A stretch of DNA of 64,000 nucleotides from Cyanophora paradoxa CCMP329 (taxonomy: Eukaryota > Plantae > Glaucophyta). The stretch lies in the NCBI GenBank assembly GCA_004431415.1, contig QPMI01000629.1, positions 62,001-126,000 on the forward strand, written 5' to 3'. Positions 1 to 13,762 of this stretch are shown one piece after another. Under the pieces are notes generated by a model that was not told where the DNA came from, searched no databases, and saw only the letters and a program-made list of their open reading frames with translations. Every line of letters starts with the position of its first letter. The first letter of the stretch is position 1. The translations under genes were made by a program, and so were the position numbers.

Positions 1-3000
1 ATATGTGTAAACGAAAGTGGGCGTGGAAGGTTTGGAGCTAGATTCTTGCACAACGATCGCGAGCCGCTGAGCTATAGATCTAGATTTCGGCGAAAGCTCT
101 GGAGGTGCAGGTGGGCGATGCCCGCAAACGATGTAATATTTTGTTAGCTTGGTGCGAGGAGCTCGCGATCGAGCTCGAGCCCGGGGGCCCGGGGCGGGCG
201 GACCTTGACGGTCGCCGTGGTCACGCCAGCAGTGAAGGTGGCCTCCACGGCGGCGAGCGCAGCCGCGCCCTTTGGCGTGCACGTGACGGCGGCCTTCGTC
301 GCCGTGTTGACTACCGTCAGGGTGAACTCGACCTTCCCGTCGGCGTCGCGCGGCTTGTCGATTCCAGCGGTGGGGGCCGTGATGGTCGGAGCGACGGGCG
401 CTGCAGATGCAGCGGCCGTGGTGAAGGTTACTGCCGCGGATGCGCCGGAAGTTCCCGACGGGTCCGTCTGAGTGGCAGTGCACGTGTGCTCGGTGCCGGC
501 CGCGAGGGCGACCTGCGCGCACGCAAACCGTGAGCTTGCACCGATTACAATCTCCACATGCACAGGTCTAGATCTACACACAGATGTTAATATCATGAAT
601 AGCTAAATATAGGATCATATGTGTAAACGAAAGTGGGCGTGGAAGGTTTGGAGCTAGATTCTTGCACAACGATCGCGAGCCGCTGAGCTATAGATCTAGA
701 TTTCGGCGAAAGCTCTGGAGGTGCAGGTGGGCGATGCCCGCAAACGATGTAATATTTTGTTAGCTTGGTGCGAGGAGCTCGCGATCGAGCTCGAGCCCGG
801 GGGCCCGGGGCGGGCGGACCTTGACGGTCGCCGTGGTCACGCCAGCAGTGAAGGTGGCCTCCACGGCGGCGAGCGCAGCCGCGCCCTTTGGCGTGCACGT
901 GACGGCGGCCTTCGTCGCCGTGTTGACTACCGTCAGGGTGAACTCGACCTTCCCGTCGGCGTCGCGCGGCTTGTCGATTCCAGCGGTGGGGCCGTGATGG
1001 TCGGAGCGACGGGCGCTGCAGATGCAGCGGCCGTGGTGAAGGTTACTGCCGCGGATGCGCCGGAAGTTCCCGACGGGTCCGTCTGAGTGGCAGTGCACGT
1101 GTGCTCGGTGCCGGCCGCGAGGGCGACCTGCGCGCACGCAAACCGTGAGCTTGCACCGATTACAATCTCCACATGCACAGGTCTAGATCTACACACAGAT
1201 GTAAATATCATGAATAGCTAAATATAGGATCATATGTGTAAACGAAAGTGGGCGTGGAAGGTTTGGAGCTAGATTCTTGCACAACGATCGCGAGCCGCTG
1301 AGCTATAGATCAAGATTTCGGCGAAAGCTCTGGAGGTGCAGGTGGGCGATGCCCGCAAACGATATAATATTTTGTTAGCTTGGTGCGAGGAGCTCGCGAT
1401 CGAGCTCGAGCCCGGGGGCCCGGGGCGGGCGGACCTTGACGGTCGCCGTGGTCACGCCAGCAGTGAAGGTGGCCTCCACGGCGGCGAGCGCAGCCGCGCC
1501 CTTTGGCGTGCACGTGACGGCGGCCTTCGTCGCCGTGTTGACTACCGTCAGGGTGAACTCGACCTTCCCGTCGGCGTCGCGCGGCTTGTCGATTCCAGCG
1601 GTGGGGGCCGTGATGGTCGGAGCGACGGGCGCTGCAGATGCAGCGGCCGTGGTGAAGGTTACTGCCGCGGATGCGCCGGAAGTTCCCGACGGGTCCGTCT
1701 GAGTGGCAGTGCACGTGTGCTCGGTGCCGGCCGCGAGGGCGACCTGCGCGCACGCAAACCGTGAGCTTGCACCGATTACAATCTCCACATGCACAGGTCT
1801 AGATCTACACACAGATGTAAATATCATGAATAGGATCATATGTGTTTCAAGTGGAAGGTTTCAAGTTTGGAGCTAGATTCTTGCACAACGAGCCGCTGAG
1901 CTATAGATCTAGATTTCGGCGAAAGCTCTGGAGGTGCAGGTGGGCGATGCCCGCAAACGATGTAATATTTTGTTAGCTTGGTGCGAGGAGCTCGCGATCG
2001 AGCTCGAGCCCGGGGGCCCGGGGCGGGCGGACCTTGACGGTCGCCGTGGTCACGCCAGCAGTGAAGGTGGCCTCCACGGCGGCGAGCGCAGCCGCGCCCT
2101 TTGGCGTGCACGTGACGGCGGCCTTCGTCGCCGTGTTGACTACCGTCAGGGTGAACTCGACCTTCCCGTCGGCGTCGCGCGCTTGTCGATTCCAGCGGTG
2201 GGGGCCGTGATGGTCGGAGCGACGGGCGCTGCAGATGCAGCGGCCGTGGTGAAGGTTACTGCCGCGGATGCGCCGGAAGTTCCCGACGGGTCCGTCTGAG
2301 TGGCAGTGCACGTGTGCTCGGTGCCGGCCGCGAGGGCGACCTGCGCGCACGCAAACCGTGAGCTTGCACCGATTACAATCTCCACATGCACAGGTCTAGA
2401 TCTACACACAGATGTAAATATCATGAATAGCTAAATATAGGATCATATGTGTAAACGAAAGTGGGCGTGGAAGGTTTGGAGATAGATTCTTGCACAACGA
2501 TCGCGAGCCGCTGAGCTATAGATCTAGATTTCGGCGAAAGCTCTGGAGGTGCAGGTGGGCGATGCCCGCAAACGATGTAATATTTTGTTAGCTTGGTGCG
2601 AGGAGCTCGCGATCGAGCTCGAGCCCGGGGCCCGGGGCGGGCGGACCTTGACGGTCGCCGTGGTCACGCCAGCAGTGAAGGTGGCCTCCACGGCGGCGAG
2701 CGCAGCCGCGCCCTTTGGCGTGCACGTGACGGCGGCCTTCGTCGCCGTGTTGACTACCGTCAGGGTGAACTCGACCTTCCCGTCGGCGTCGCGCGGCTTG
2801 TCGATTCCAGCGGTGGGGCCGTGATGGTCGGAGCGACGGGCGCTGCAGATGCAGCGGCCGTGGTGAAGGTTACTGCCGCGGATGCGCCGGAAGTTCCCGA
2901 TGGGTCCGTCTGAGTGGCAGTGCACGTGTGCTCGGTGCCGGCCGCGAGGGCGACCTGCGCGCACGCAAACCGTGAGCTTGCACCGATTACAATCTCCACA

Positions 3001-6000
3001 TGCACAGGTCTAGATCTACACACAGATGTAAATATCATGAATAGCTAAATATAGGATCATATGTGTAAACGAAAGTGGGCGTGGAAGGTTTGGAGCTAGA
3101 TTCTTGCACAACGAGCCGCTGAGCTATAGATCTAGATTTCGGCGAAAGCTCTGGAGGTGCAGGTGGGCGATGCCCGCAAACGATATAATATTTTGTTAGC
3201 TTGGTGCGAGGAGCTCGCGATAGAGAGCGAGCCCGGGGGCCCGGGGCGGGCGGACCTTGACGGGCGCCGTGGTCACGCCAGCAGTGAAGGTGGCCTCCAC
3301 GGCGGCGAGCGCAGCCGCGCCCTTTGGCGTGCACGTGACGGCGGCCTTCGTCGCCGTGTTGACTACCGTCAGGGTGAACTCGACCTTCCCGTCGGCGTCG
3401 CGCGGCTTGTCGATTCCAGCGGTGGGGGCCGTGATGGTCGGAGCGACGGGCGCTGCAGATGCAGCGGCCGTGGTGAAGGTTACTGCCGCGGATGCGCCGG
3501 AAGTTCCCGACGGGTCCGTCTGAGTGGCAGTGCACGTGTGCTCGGTGCCGGCCGCGAGGGCGACCTGCGCGCACGCAAACCGTGAGCTTGCACCGATTAC
3601 AATCTCCACATGCACAGGTCTAGATCTACACACAGATGTAAATATCATGAATAGCTAAATATAGGATCATATGTGTAAACGAAAGTGGGCGTGGAAGGTT
3701 TGGAGATAGATTCTTGCACAACGATCGCGAGCCGCTGAGCTATAGATCTATATATAGATTTCGGCGAAAGCTCTGGAGGTGCAGGTGGGCGATGCCCGCA
3801 AACGATGTAATATTTTGTTAGCTTGGTGCGAGGAGCTCGCGATCGAGCTCGAGCCCGGGGCCCGGGGCGGGCGGACCTTGACGGTCGCCGTGGTCACGCC
3901 AGCAGTGAAGGTGGCCTCCACGGCGGCGAGCGCAGCCGCGCCCTTTGGCGTGCACGTGACGGCGGCCTTCGTCGCCGTGTTGACTACCGTCAGGGTGAAC
4001 TCGACCTTCCCGTCGGCGTCGCGCGGCTTGTCGATTCCAGCGGTGGGGGCCGTGATGGTCGGAGCGACGGGCGCTGCAGATGCAGCGGCCGTGGTGAAGG
4101 TTACTGCCGCGGATGCGCCGGAAGTTCCCGACGGGTCCGTCTGAGTGGCAGTGCACGTGTGCTCGGTGCCGGCCGCGAGGGCGACCTGCGCGCACGCAAA
4201 CCGTGAGCTTGCACCGATTACAATCTCCACATGCACAGGTCTAGATCTACACACAGATGTAAATATCATGAATAGCTAAATATAGGATCATATGTGTAAA
4301 CGAAAGTGGGCGTGGAAGGTTTGGAGCTAGATTCTTGCACAACGAGCCGCTGAGCTATAGATCTAGATTTCGGCGAAAGCTCTGGAGGTGCAGGTGGGCG
4401 ATGCCCGCAAACGATGTAATATTTTGTTAGCTTGGTGCGAGGAGCTCGCGATAGAGAGCGAGCCCGGGGGCCCGGGGCGGGCGGACCTTGACGGGCGCCG
4501 TGGTCACGCCAGCAGTGAAGGTGGCCTCCACGGCGGCGAGCGCAGCCGCGCCCTTTGGCGTGCACGTGACGGCGGCCTTCGTCGCCGTGTTGACTACCGT
4601 CAGGGTGAACTCGACCTTCCCGTCGGCGTCGCGCGGCTTGTCGATTCCAGCGGTGGGGGCCGTGATGGTCGGAGCGACGGGCGATGCAGACGTCGTGAAG
4701 GTTACTGCCGCGGATGCGCCGGAAGTTCCCGACGGGTCCGTCTGAGTGGCAGTGCACGTGTGCTCGGTGCCGGCCGCGAGGGCGACCTGCGCGCACGCAA
4801 ACCGTGAGCTTGCACCGATTACAATCTCCACATGCACAGGTCTAGATCTACACACAGATGTAAATATCATGAATAGCTAAATATAGGATCATATGTGTAA
4901 ACGAAAGTGGGCGTGGAAGGTTTGGAGCTAGATTCTTGCACAACGAGCCGCTGAGCTATAGATCTAGATTTCGGCGAAAGCTCTGGAGGTGCAGGTGGGC
5001 GATGCCCGCAAACGATGTAATATTTTGTTAGCTTGGTGCGAGGAGCTCGCGATAGAGAGCGAGCCCGGGGGCCCGGGGCGGGCGGACCTTGACGGGCGCC
5101 GTGGTCACGCCAGCAGTGAAGGTGGCCTCCACGGCGGCGAGCGCAGCCGCGCCCTTTGGCGTGCACGTGACGGCGGCCTTCGTCGCCGTGTTGACTACCG
5201 TCAGGGTGAACTCGACCTTCCCGTCGGCGTCGCGCGGCTTGTCGATTCCAGCGGTGGGGGCCGTGATGGTCGGAGCGACGGGCGATGCAGACGTCGTGAA
5301 GGTTACTGCCGCGGATGCGCCGGAAGTTCCCGACGGGTCCGTCTGAGTGGCAGTGCACGTGTGCTCGGTGCCGGCCGCGAGGGCGACCTGCGCGCACGCA
5401 AACCGTGAGCTTGCACCGATTATGATCTCCACGGGTCTACACAAAGATCTAAATCAAATATCATGAATAGGATCATATATGTGTAAACGAAAGTGGGCGT
5501 GGAAGGTTTGGAGCTAGATTCTTGCGCAACGAGCCGCTGAGCTATTTATATAGATCTAGATTTCGGCGAAAGCTCTGGAGGTGCAGGTGGGCGATGCCCG
5601 CAAACGATATAATATTTTTTTAGCTTGGTGCGAGGAGCTCGCGATCGAGCTCGAGCCCGGGGGCCCGGGGCGGGCGGACCTTGACGGTCGCCGTGGTCAC
5701 GCCAGCAGTGAAGGTGGCCTCCACGGCGGCGAGCGCAGCCGCGCCCTTTGGCGTGCACGTGACGGCGGCCTTCGTCGCCGTGTTGACTACCGTCAGGGTG
5801 AACTCGACCTTCCCGTCGGCGTCGCGCGGCTTGTCGATTCCAGCGGTGGGGGCCGTGATGGTCGGAGCGACGGGCGCTGCAGACGTCGTGAAGGTTACTG
5901 CCGCGGATGCGCCGGAAGTTCCCGACGGGTCCGTCTGAGTGGCAGTGCACGTGTGCTCGGTGCCGGCCGCGAGGGCGACCTGCGCGCACGCAAACCGTGA

Positions 6001-7018
6001 GCTTGCACCGATTACAATCTCCACGGGTCTACACAACGATCTAAATCAAATATCATGAATACGATCATATGTGTACATGTAAACGAAAGTGGGCGTGGAA
6101 CGTTTGGAGCTAGATTCTTGCGCAACGAGCCGCTGAGCTATAGATCTAGATTTCGGCGAAAGCTCTGGAGGTGCAGGCCTAGGTGGGCGATGCCCGCAAA
6201 CGATATAATATTTTGTTAGCTTGGTGCGAGGAGCTCGCGATCGAGCTCGAGCCCGGGGGCCCGGGGCGGGCGGACCTTGACGGTCGCCGTGGTCACGCCA
6301 GCAGTGAAGGTGGCCTCCACGGCGGCGAGCGCAGCCGCGCCCTTTGGCGTGCACGTGACGGCGGCCTTCGTCGCCGTGTTGACTACCGTCAGGGTGAACT
6401 CGACCTTCCCGTCGGCGTCGCGCGGCTTGTCGATTCCAGCGGTGGGGGCCGTGATGGTCGGAGCGACGGGCGATGCAGACGTCGTGAAGGTTACTGCCGC
6501 GGATGCGCCGGAAGTTCCCGACGGGTCCGTCTGAGTGGCAGTGCACGTGTGCTCGGTGCCGGCCGCGAGGGCGACCTGCGCGCACGCAAACCGTGAGCTT
6601 GCACCGATTACAATCTCCACGGGTCTACACAAAGATCTAAATCAAATATCATGAATACGATCATATGTGTGCATGTAAACGAAAGTGGGCGTGGAACGTT
6701 TGGAGCTAGATTCTTGCGCAACGAGCCGCTGAGCTATAGATCTAGATTTCGGCGAAAGCTCTGGAGGTGCAGGCCTAGGTGGGCGATGCCCGCAAACGAT
6801 ATAATATTTTGTTAGCTTGGTGCGAGGAGCTCGCGATCGAGCTCGAGCCCGGGGGCCCGGGGCGGGCGGACCTTGACGGTCGCCGTGGTCACGCCAGCGG
6901 TGAAGGTGGCCTCCACGGCGGCGAGCGCAGCCGCGCCCTTTGGCGTGCACGTGACGGCGGCCTTCGTCGCCGTGTTGACTACCGTCAGGGTGAACTCGAC
7001 CTTCCCGTCGGCGTCGCG
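1..7018. repeat. Tandem array of ~600-620 bp exon+intron units (~11.5 copies visible)
   Basis: Near-identical units including introns. The four full exons at 4.5-6.6 kb lack 9 bp (TTSA vs TTAAASA). Confidence 0.97.
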
Positions 7019-7230
7019 TAGTGGCGAGGCTCCGGCGGTCGGGGAATCGATCGTTGGGGCATTCGGCGTCGTTTGAGCTGTGCATTGATATTCATGATTA
7101 GCATATATAAGCACCAGCAGCTGCAGTAATCGTATTACGTACCTCGGCAGGTGTGCGCCGCGAGAAGAATCAAAGCAACAACGTTAACCAGAAGGACTTT
7201 GGCGGTCGCGCGCACTGGGTGCACATGCAT
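1..7230 (-). CDS. Secreted/surface protein with tandem bacterial-Ig-like repeats (5' part; continues beyond the left edge)
   Basis: Exon 1 is 7230-7143 (MHVHPVRATAKVLLVNVVALILLAAHTCR, signal-peptide-like). A 65-bp GT-AG intron (7142-7078) follows, then exon 2 at 7077-6872 in frame. Eleven repeated phase-0 exons follow (e.g. 512-204, 309 bp: VALAAGTEHTCTATQTDPSGTSGASAAVTFTT...VTCTP...TTATVK), each with a gcgcgcag acceptor and a gtccgc donor. APTITAP...HTCTATQTDxxG..S..VTFT resembles bacterial Ig-like (Big) repeats. Three exons carry a 1-bp G loss, probably assembly error. Confidence 0.85.
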
Positions 7231-7613
7231 ATTGCTTCTCCTCCTCATCGCGATATACATGGCCAGGGGCCTCGCGATCGATGCGATCCGATGATCCGAC
7301 GATCCTACGTATACCGTAGTACGCATACTAGGCTAGCTAGGCCTGCAGTGATCCTATATATGATCCGACGATCCTATATAGCTAGCTAGGCCTTCAGCCA
7401 ATGGGCCACGCTTGACGAGGCCGAGAACTTGAATCGAGATTCGAGATGCATATGCCTCGCCAGGCTCGCGATCATAGGATCGCGAGTCGACTATGACGCG
7501 ACTCGGCGATATCGCCGAGTCCGACGGTCGACGCGTACCGTAGTACGGCCCGTGACGGTATACCGTAGTACCGTACCGCCGGTACCGGTCATGATCACCG
7601 GCCCCGCCGGCCC

Positions 7614-10087
7614 AAAAAGGTTTGTGTGGCGGAAATCGCGCCATAGAGCCATAACTCGGAGCGCGGGTGAGGTGCCCAGTGCCCACCGTCAGAATCGAAT
7701 AGATCGAACTCGGTTACCCGATTCTTGATGCTTTATTCTTCGTTATCTCTCGGTTCTGCTGTTCAACGGTTTTGTATCGCGTTTAAAAATTTACACCGTG
7801 GCACCGTGGCACTCCGTTTTCCGCCTCCAAGGGTGCCCAACGTACCCCCCCTACAGGGTATTGAAACCATTCGATCGAATACGCAGACCGATCGAACCGA
7901 ATCGAACGAACCCGACCCTACATTCGATACTCACCCCTACGTGGCACTGCCCACTGGGCCACTGCCCACTAGCTTATACTATGGGCCAACTAGGGCACTG
8001 GCCGGCGGGTCTAGAAGCTTGCACCGGGGCTGGCCCAAAATTCCGAAAGCTTGCACCGGGGCTGGCCCTAGCGGCTTGTAGTTAGGGATATGGCCGGGGG
8101 GGTCAACCATTGGCCAGCGGCCCAGCCCAAGCCGCCAAAACTCGGCCGCTGGCCCGGGGCTGGCCGCCAGCCTCCAGCCAGAACTTGGCCGGCCAGCTGG
8201 CAACCAGCCTCTTGCTAGGAGTCCAGGGCTTGGTCGGCCAGGCTGGCCAGCCGGCCAGCCTTAGAGCCCGCCTTGTTTTATAAAAACCTTGACATGAAAC
8301 TGCTCTTATAGCTGATTTTTAGCGCCTGATAATAACAAGCTCTGTTGATATTATCAAGCCTCCTCGTCAAGCCCCACCTCTAGCCTCGAGCCTGCGCCCC
8401 AGCCAGCCCCACCGGCCGGCTGGCCGCCTCATAAAGCCGAAAAGGGCTGGCCCGGCTGGCCGAGAAATCGGCGGGCTGGCCCGGGGGTCAGAGCCTTATG
8501 CCAGCCGGCCAGCTGGTCGACCAGACCAGCGGCCATTTCCCTACTTGTAGTGTGTATCCGAAACTAAATATTCCCTTCAATGCACATGATCGCCGGTAGC
8601 TACAGCTTGAGATTTCAAGCGGACGTGGACGCTTTGCTGAAGGCCCCGCGGCCATCACCGTTCTAAATGAGCCGTACTTGACGCACTTTTTTAAAAGCTT
8701 GCGATCTGAGCGCGGCGATTCGATTTAGCATTTTTCTTCAGCCCGGCGATTCGTTTTAACAATGCCTTCGATTGAAATGCTAAGTTTCTCGTCGACAAAC
8801 CGTCTAATTTGCATGTGAAATCTTGCGAATCTCCTACGACTAGCTCCTTGTTCATGCTCGTGATCGTTTCAATCATTCGGAGGTTTAGCTGAAGGCTCTT
8901 AGCAACTGCGCGTCACGCTAGCGCTGTGGAGTCCCTGAGCCGCGGCGCGGCCGCTATCAGAACTTTAGTACAGTAACGTTGGCTTGCCAAGTTGATCTAT
9001 AGTACTAGTGCTGTACCGATCGCGATCGGATTGCATACTATGATATTGCGATGGCCGACGCTAGCGCTAGCAGGATTGTTCATAGCTACTCAACCCAGCG
9101 CTAGCACTGGCCGCGAGCCTGTGACTTGGCGCCGAGCCTCGGAGTCGACGCAGCGCTCTACTAGGCTAGCATGAATACGAGCCTGGCTTGCCGGTCCGCG
9201 ATCTGAGTATTGTGGCAGGCTGGACACTGGAAGGGCTGGAGCGTCTACGTCGACGTGCGGACTCACTGCCCCACTCATTGGCAGTCTTGAGCCGTACTCG
9301 GGGACCGCTGCAGTAGCTGCTGGGCTTCGCCTACCTAGCACTCTTCAGCTATCTTCCAGCTCGCGTTGGAAGTAGATTTCTCTCATCTTTGAAGTTTAGC
9401 CTTCCTTTAGGCCTTAGTTTCGCTCGCGGTGCGTGTGTGCAGCTAGGGCCCGCTTTCCCCGCTTGCGCCGCGCCTAGATCAGCTGCCGGAGCCTGCCGCC
9501 GTGTATTTATGTATAAGGGGCGCGCTGAGCTATCCCGGGCCACCTCCACAGGCTTGGCGGCTCCAAAATTTCGGCTGGCTTGCCAGCGGCTTGCCAGTTA
9601 CTATGGTACCGGTGGCCAGCGCGGCTTGGTCTGGCTTGGTGCAGCTCGCGCTAACTTCACCTATGCTTCGTTCGCCGGCTCGATTGCGAGCCCCGGGCTT
9701 GCTGACTTGGCTGACAAGCCGGGGAAAACCGGCAAAACCCCTGGGCTGGCAAGCCGGGGTTTCGGCTGCCTAGGCCTAGCCCAGGCGCCCCCCGCTCAAA
9801 TTGGCCGGCTAGCTAGCCGGCTTGGCCAACTTCCGAAGTTCAACTTCAGAATCCGAAGTTCAACGGTTCAACTTGCAATTGGCAAGCTAAGGCCGCCGGG
9901 CTTAACTTGCCGCAGTGCAAACTTGAATTCGAAGTTCGAACTCGCTGTCACCGTGGCACAGTGTCAGCCTGGCAGAGTCGCTGACTCAGTGAGCGGCCGC
10001 GGGCCGCGCGCTGAATTCATGAACGCAGTGCCGCAGTCGCTACGAGTTATGGCTCTATGGCGCGATTTCCGCCATACAAACCTTTTT
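7614..10087. repeat. 45-bp inverted repeat pair (7614-7658 / 10043-10087), probable DNA-transposon termini
   Basis: aaaaaggtttgtgtggcggaaatcgcgccatagagccataactcg matches the reverse complement of cgagttatggctctatggcgcgatttccgccatacaaaccttttt with 1 mismatch. Confidence 0.75.
8083..8543. mobile_element. hAT-type MITE (461 bp) with 8-bp target-site duplication
   Basis: TIRs tagggatatggcc...ggccatttcccta (1 mismatch). Identical 8-bp flanks cttgtagt at 8075-8082 and 8544-8551. TAGGG ends and an 8-bp TSD are hAT hallmarks. Confidence 0.9.
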
Positions 10088-11299
10088 CCGAGTCAAGTTG
10101 ATTGACTCAACTCGGCAGAGCTCTCGACCAATGGCCGCCCGGTGCCCGGTTTCGAGTCAAATTAGTGTTGCCAGGTGCCCGCGTTTTCCCCGTACTAATT
10201 CGACTTGAAAATGCCAGTGTTTTCTGATTGGGCACGTGCCGGTATATTTCGCATGCTATATAAAAGCTGCTGTTGGCAGTTACTAGACGGCGGTTACTAG
10301 GACTATACCAGGTTGCTACTAGAACCGTACCAGGTACTAATTTACATAAGGGCAGGATCTGCCAGTTTCGCCCATGGCCAGGAAATTTTCTTCCTAGGCG
10401 CCAACTCGTAGCGTGCCGCAGTGCAAGTTCGGAATGCGGCCCGGCCGCGCGCTGACAGTGACTCGCTGTCGAGTCGCTGACTCGACGCTGAGCTCGACCG
10501 TACGTATACCGTATACGCGTCGGACGGTCTGCTTTCACGCCGTGACGCCGGACGGTCACCGGGTCATGATCATCCCTGATTCCCGGACTCCGGGAGTCCG
10601 ACGGTCCTTCATTGACTCAGTGACTAACAATTTACACTGTGACATGAAATTTCAGCCGCGCCGGCGCCGGCCCGGCGTTTTTGATACTGTAGATCGGGAA
10701 ATATTTAGTATATATACTAGTACTGGATCTTTTTAGTGCCAATTAAAGTCTTGAGGGCTGAGTACTAAATATTTACCGTGTATTAAACCTGAACCGCGTG
10801 GGGGGGTACCGTAGTACATTTATGTGCTCGCGATCGATCAGTGGTATCGATATCCCCTCTGGAACGAGGACGAGATCTAGCTATCGGCTAGAGCCGAACG
10901 TCCGCGCGGCTTGACTTGACTAGAGCCGGGGGGGGGGGGCTCCGAGCTAGCCGCAAGGCTAACCCCCCGTATACGTATACGTAGCCGGCGCCTGGGGCCG
11001 TCGGTAGTGATATTAAGGACAACAAAGTAATTAAGTAATTAATGTAATAAACTTGCATGATAAGTCAGTAATTAACGAGAACCGGGCTCCGTAACGCCCT
11101 CGGGTGGCGCTGTTTGGAGACAAGGTATAAGGGGACAGGGGAAGCAGCATTGGCCCGGAGTCAGGTGGGCCGCCGATCTTTCCCGGAGTCAGGCATGGGG
11201 AGCAGTAATATTGGTGTGAGATCAAGATATGTGACATGTGATAAATTGAACAAACTGATATTGCATAGCTAAATGGCGCGTGCGGCGGGTCCCGCGGCG

Positions 11300-12325
11300 G
11301 CCCGATCGCGAAGCCCTGCGGCCGGCGAGCGAGCGCGATATCGAGCGGCCTGCAGCTGAGGGCAATTCGATCAGAGCTCGTCTGCACTAGACGCAGGGCG
11401 TGCCAACGGCTCACCTGGTACAGCGAGCGAGATCTGGCGCTGCGGATACGCCGCCCGAAGCCCTTCGGCCGGCGAGCGAGCGCGACCGAGCGACCTGCGC
11501 GCAGTTCGATCAGAGCTCGTCGGCACTAGACGCAGGGCGTGCCGCCGGCTCACGGCTCACCTGGTACAGCGAGCGAGATCTGGCGCCGCCCGAAGCCCTT
11601 CGGCCGGCGAGCGAGCGCGACCGAGCGACCTGCGCGCAGTTCGATCAGAGCTCGTCGGCACTAGACGCAGGGCGTGCCGCCGGCTCACGGCTCACCTGGT
11701 ACAGCGAGCGAAATCTGGCGCCGCCCGAAGCCCTGCGGCCGGCGAGCGAGCGCGACCGAGCGACCTGCGCGCAGTTCGATCAGAGCTCGTCGGGACTTGA
11801 CGCATGCAGGGCGTGCCGCCGGCTCACGGCTCACCTGGAACAGCGAGCGAGATCTGGCGCGGCGGGTCCCGCCGCCCGAAGCCCTGCGGCCGGCGAGCGC
11901 GCGCGACCGAGCGACCTGCGCGCAGTTCGATCAGAGCTCGTCGTCACTAGATGGAAGGCGTGCCGCCGGCTCATGGCTCACCTGGAACAGCGAGCGAAAT
12001 CTGGCGCTGCGGGTCCCGCCGCCCGAAGCCCTGTGGCCGGCGAGCGAGCGCGACCGAGCTGCCTGCGGGCAATTCGATCAGAGCTCGTCGGCACTAGACG
12101 CAGGGCGTGCCGCCGGCTCACGGCTCACCTGGAACAGCGAGAAACTGGCGCCGCGGCCGCGGGCCCCGCCGCCCGAAGCCCTGCGGCCCGCGCGACTGAG
12201 CGACCTGCGGGCAGTTCGATCAGAGCTCGTCGGCACTAGACGGAAGGCGTGCCGCCGGCTCACGGCTCACCTGGAACAGCGAGCGAGAAACTGGTGCCGC
12301 GGGTCCCGCCGCCCGAAGCCCTGCA
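11300..12325. repeat. Minisatellite, ~135-150 bp unit, ~7 copies
   Basis: The marker ttcgatcagagctcg recurs at 11366, 11505, 11640, 11775, 11926, 12073 and 12215. Confidence 0.92.
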
Positions 12326-13097
12326 GCCGAAAAGCGAAAGCGCTAGCGTGCAAAGAGCGAGCTGAAGCGTTCAGAAGCATCACTTCTGCATCTGCTGCAG
12401 CCGCTGAGCTGTTTCGACCGTTTGCAATCGACGGGGGGTACGCTTGGCCCTTACTGGCCTTTTTTTGGCCGCGCAAACGGGCGAGGGCGATCTCAGCTGC
12501 TGCCGCTCGTTAAGGGCTGCCGCTCGAGAATGCACTTCGTATAGTGCTCATTGTCATTTTCGGCGCCCAGGCTGCGCTCCGCGTGCGCCCGGAAGCGAGT
12601 GTATGTCGATATGCAATCCCGAGGTCGCTTAGGACGCGTCTTTCAGCGGCGCTGGTCGGGGCTATGAGGTCCTTAAACTTGAGGCTATCCGGAAACTGGC
12701 GCCGTTACGCGGGCGTTGATGTCTCCGTCTCAGGAAGTTGGGTTCCGTTAGAAAAAAAACCGAGAACCCAGCGAAAACTAGAAAAAGTTATCGGATCCGA
12801 GACTATTACTATGTATTTAACTTGCGACTTGCAACTTGCATCTTCAGATGCATGGTCGATCCGTTAACCTTGACCGGACCGTTAATTATAACCTTGACCC
12901 GGGACCGTGACAAGCTTTCAAGTTTGAATTGATCTACATATAGCTATATTTAGCAAACGGCCATTTGATTCATTGCGCATGCGTATGCATATACCGTAGT
13001 ACGTATATATATATATACGCGTACGTATGTATTTCTTGCACAGACTAATCACTAATCATCAAGTCAGGTAATATTTAAGACCCCAAAATAATTAGTA

Positions 13098-13420
13098 ATC
13101 AGGCGAAGCCTCTTTCAGGCGAAGCCTATTTCAGGCGAAGCCTCTTTCTCAACCCCAAAAACCGCCGATGAGAATTTCTTTTTTAACCTTTTTTTCCACT
13201 CCAGATCCACCCTGCCGAATAATTTCCGTGTCGCACCCCCTCCAGGCAGAATTATTAATTCTGCCTCGACACGGACGCGATCGAGCGCATTTGACTCGGC
13301 CGCCCGAACCCCCACAGACCTCTCTAGATCCATTTTTAGCGTCCTGGCTCCCCTAAGACGACCGCTCGCCCGCGCGCGTCGCGCGAAATCGAATTTCACC
13401 CTGGATCAATTCCGGTACTT
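13098..13420. repeat. Solo partial copy of the 20.8-26 kb composite repeat head
   Basis: caggcgaagcctctttc...aattattaattctgcctcgacacggacgcgat...ctggatcaattccggtactt matches 20825-21129. Confidence 0.85.
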
Positions 13421-13762
13421 GAACCCCGACAAACGCGGTCCGTCGGGTCCAACACTGACACCACGCTGAATTCGAAGACCGACGAGCAGCCTCTCAGCGG
13501 CACGTGCCTCTCGCTGCCCTGCTACGAGACCATGCCAAGACTGGCGAGCACTTCGTCTTGACGGTGCCCGAGGCGAACGCCGACAGGCCCGTGGCCAGCG
13601 TCGTCCACCGCAAGCTTCGAATTCCCCAAGTTCCCCTCAAGTCCGTTAATCAGCGCATGGAAGGCAAGCCGGGGAAATTAAAGCCGGCAAAACCCCTGGG
13701 CTGGCAAGCCAGGGTTTCGGCCGCCTAGCCCGTCGCCCCCTGGCCCAAATTGGCCGGCGAGC

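Noticed and set aside
105-7021. Plus-strand ORFs (MQVGDARKR...) in the first array
   Set aside because: They are antisense shadows of the minus-strand exons; the splice signals and signal peptide support the minus strand.
8560-8950. Minus-strand coding remnant (MIETITSMNKELVVG...)
   Set aside because: It is short, interrupted by stops and has no identifiable motif.
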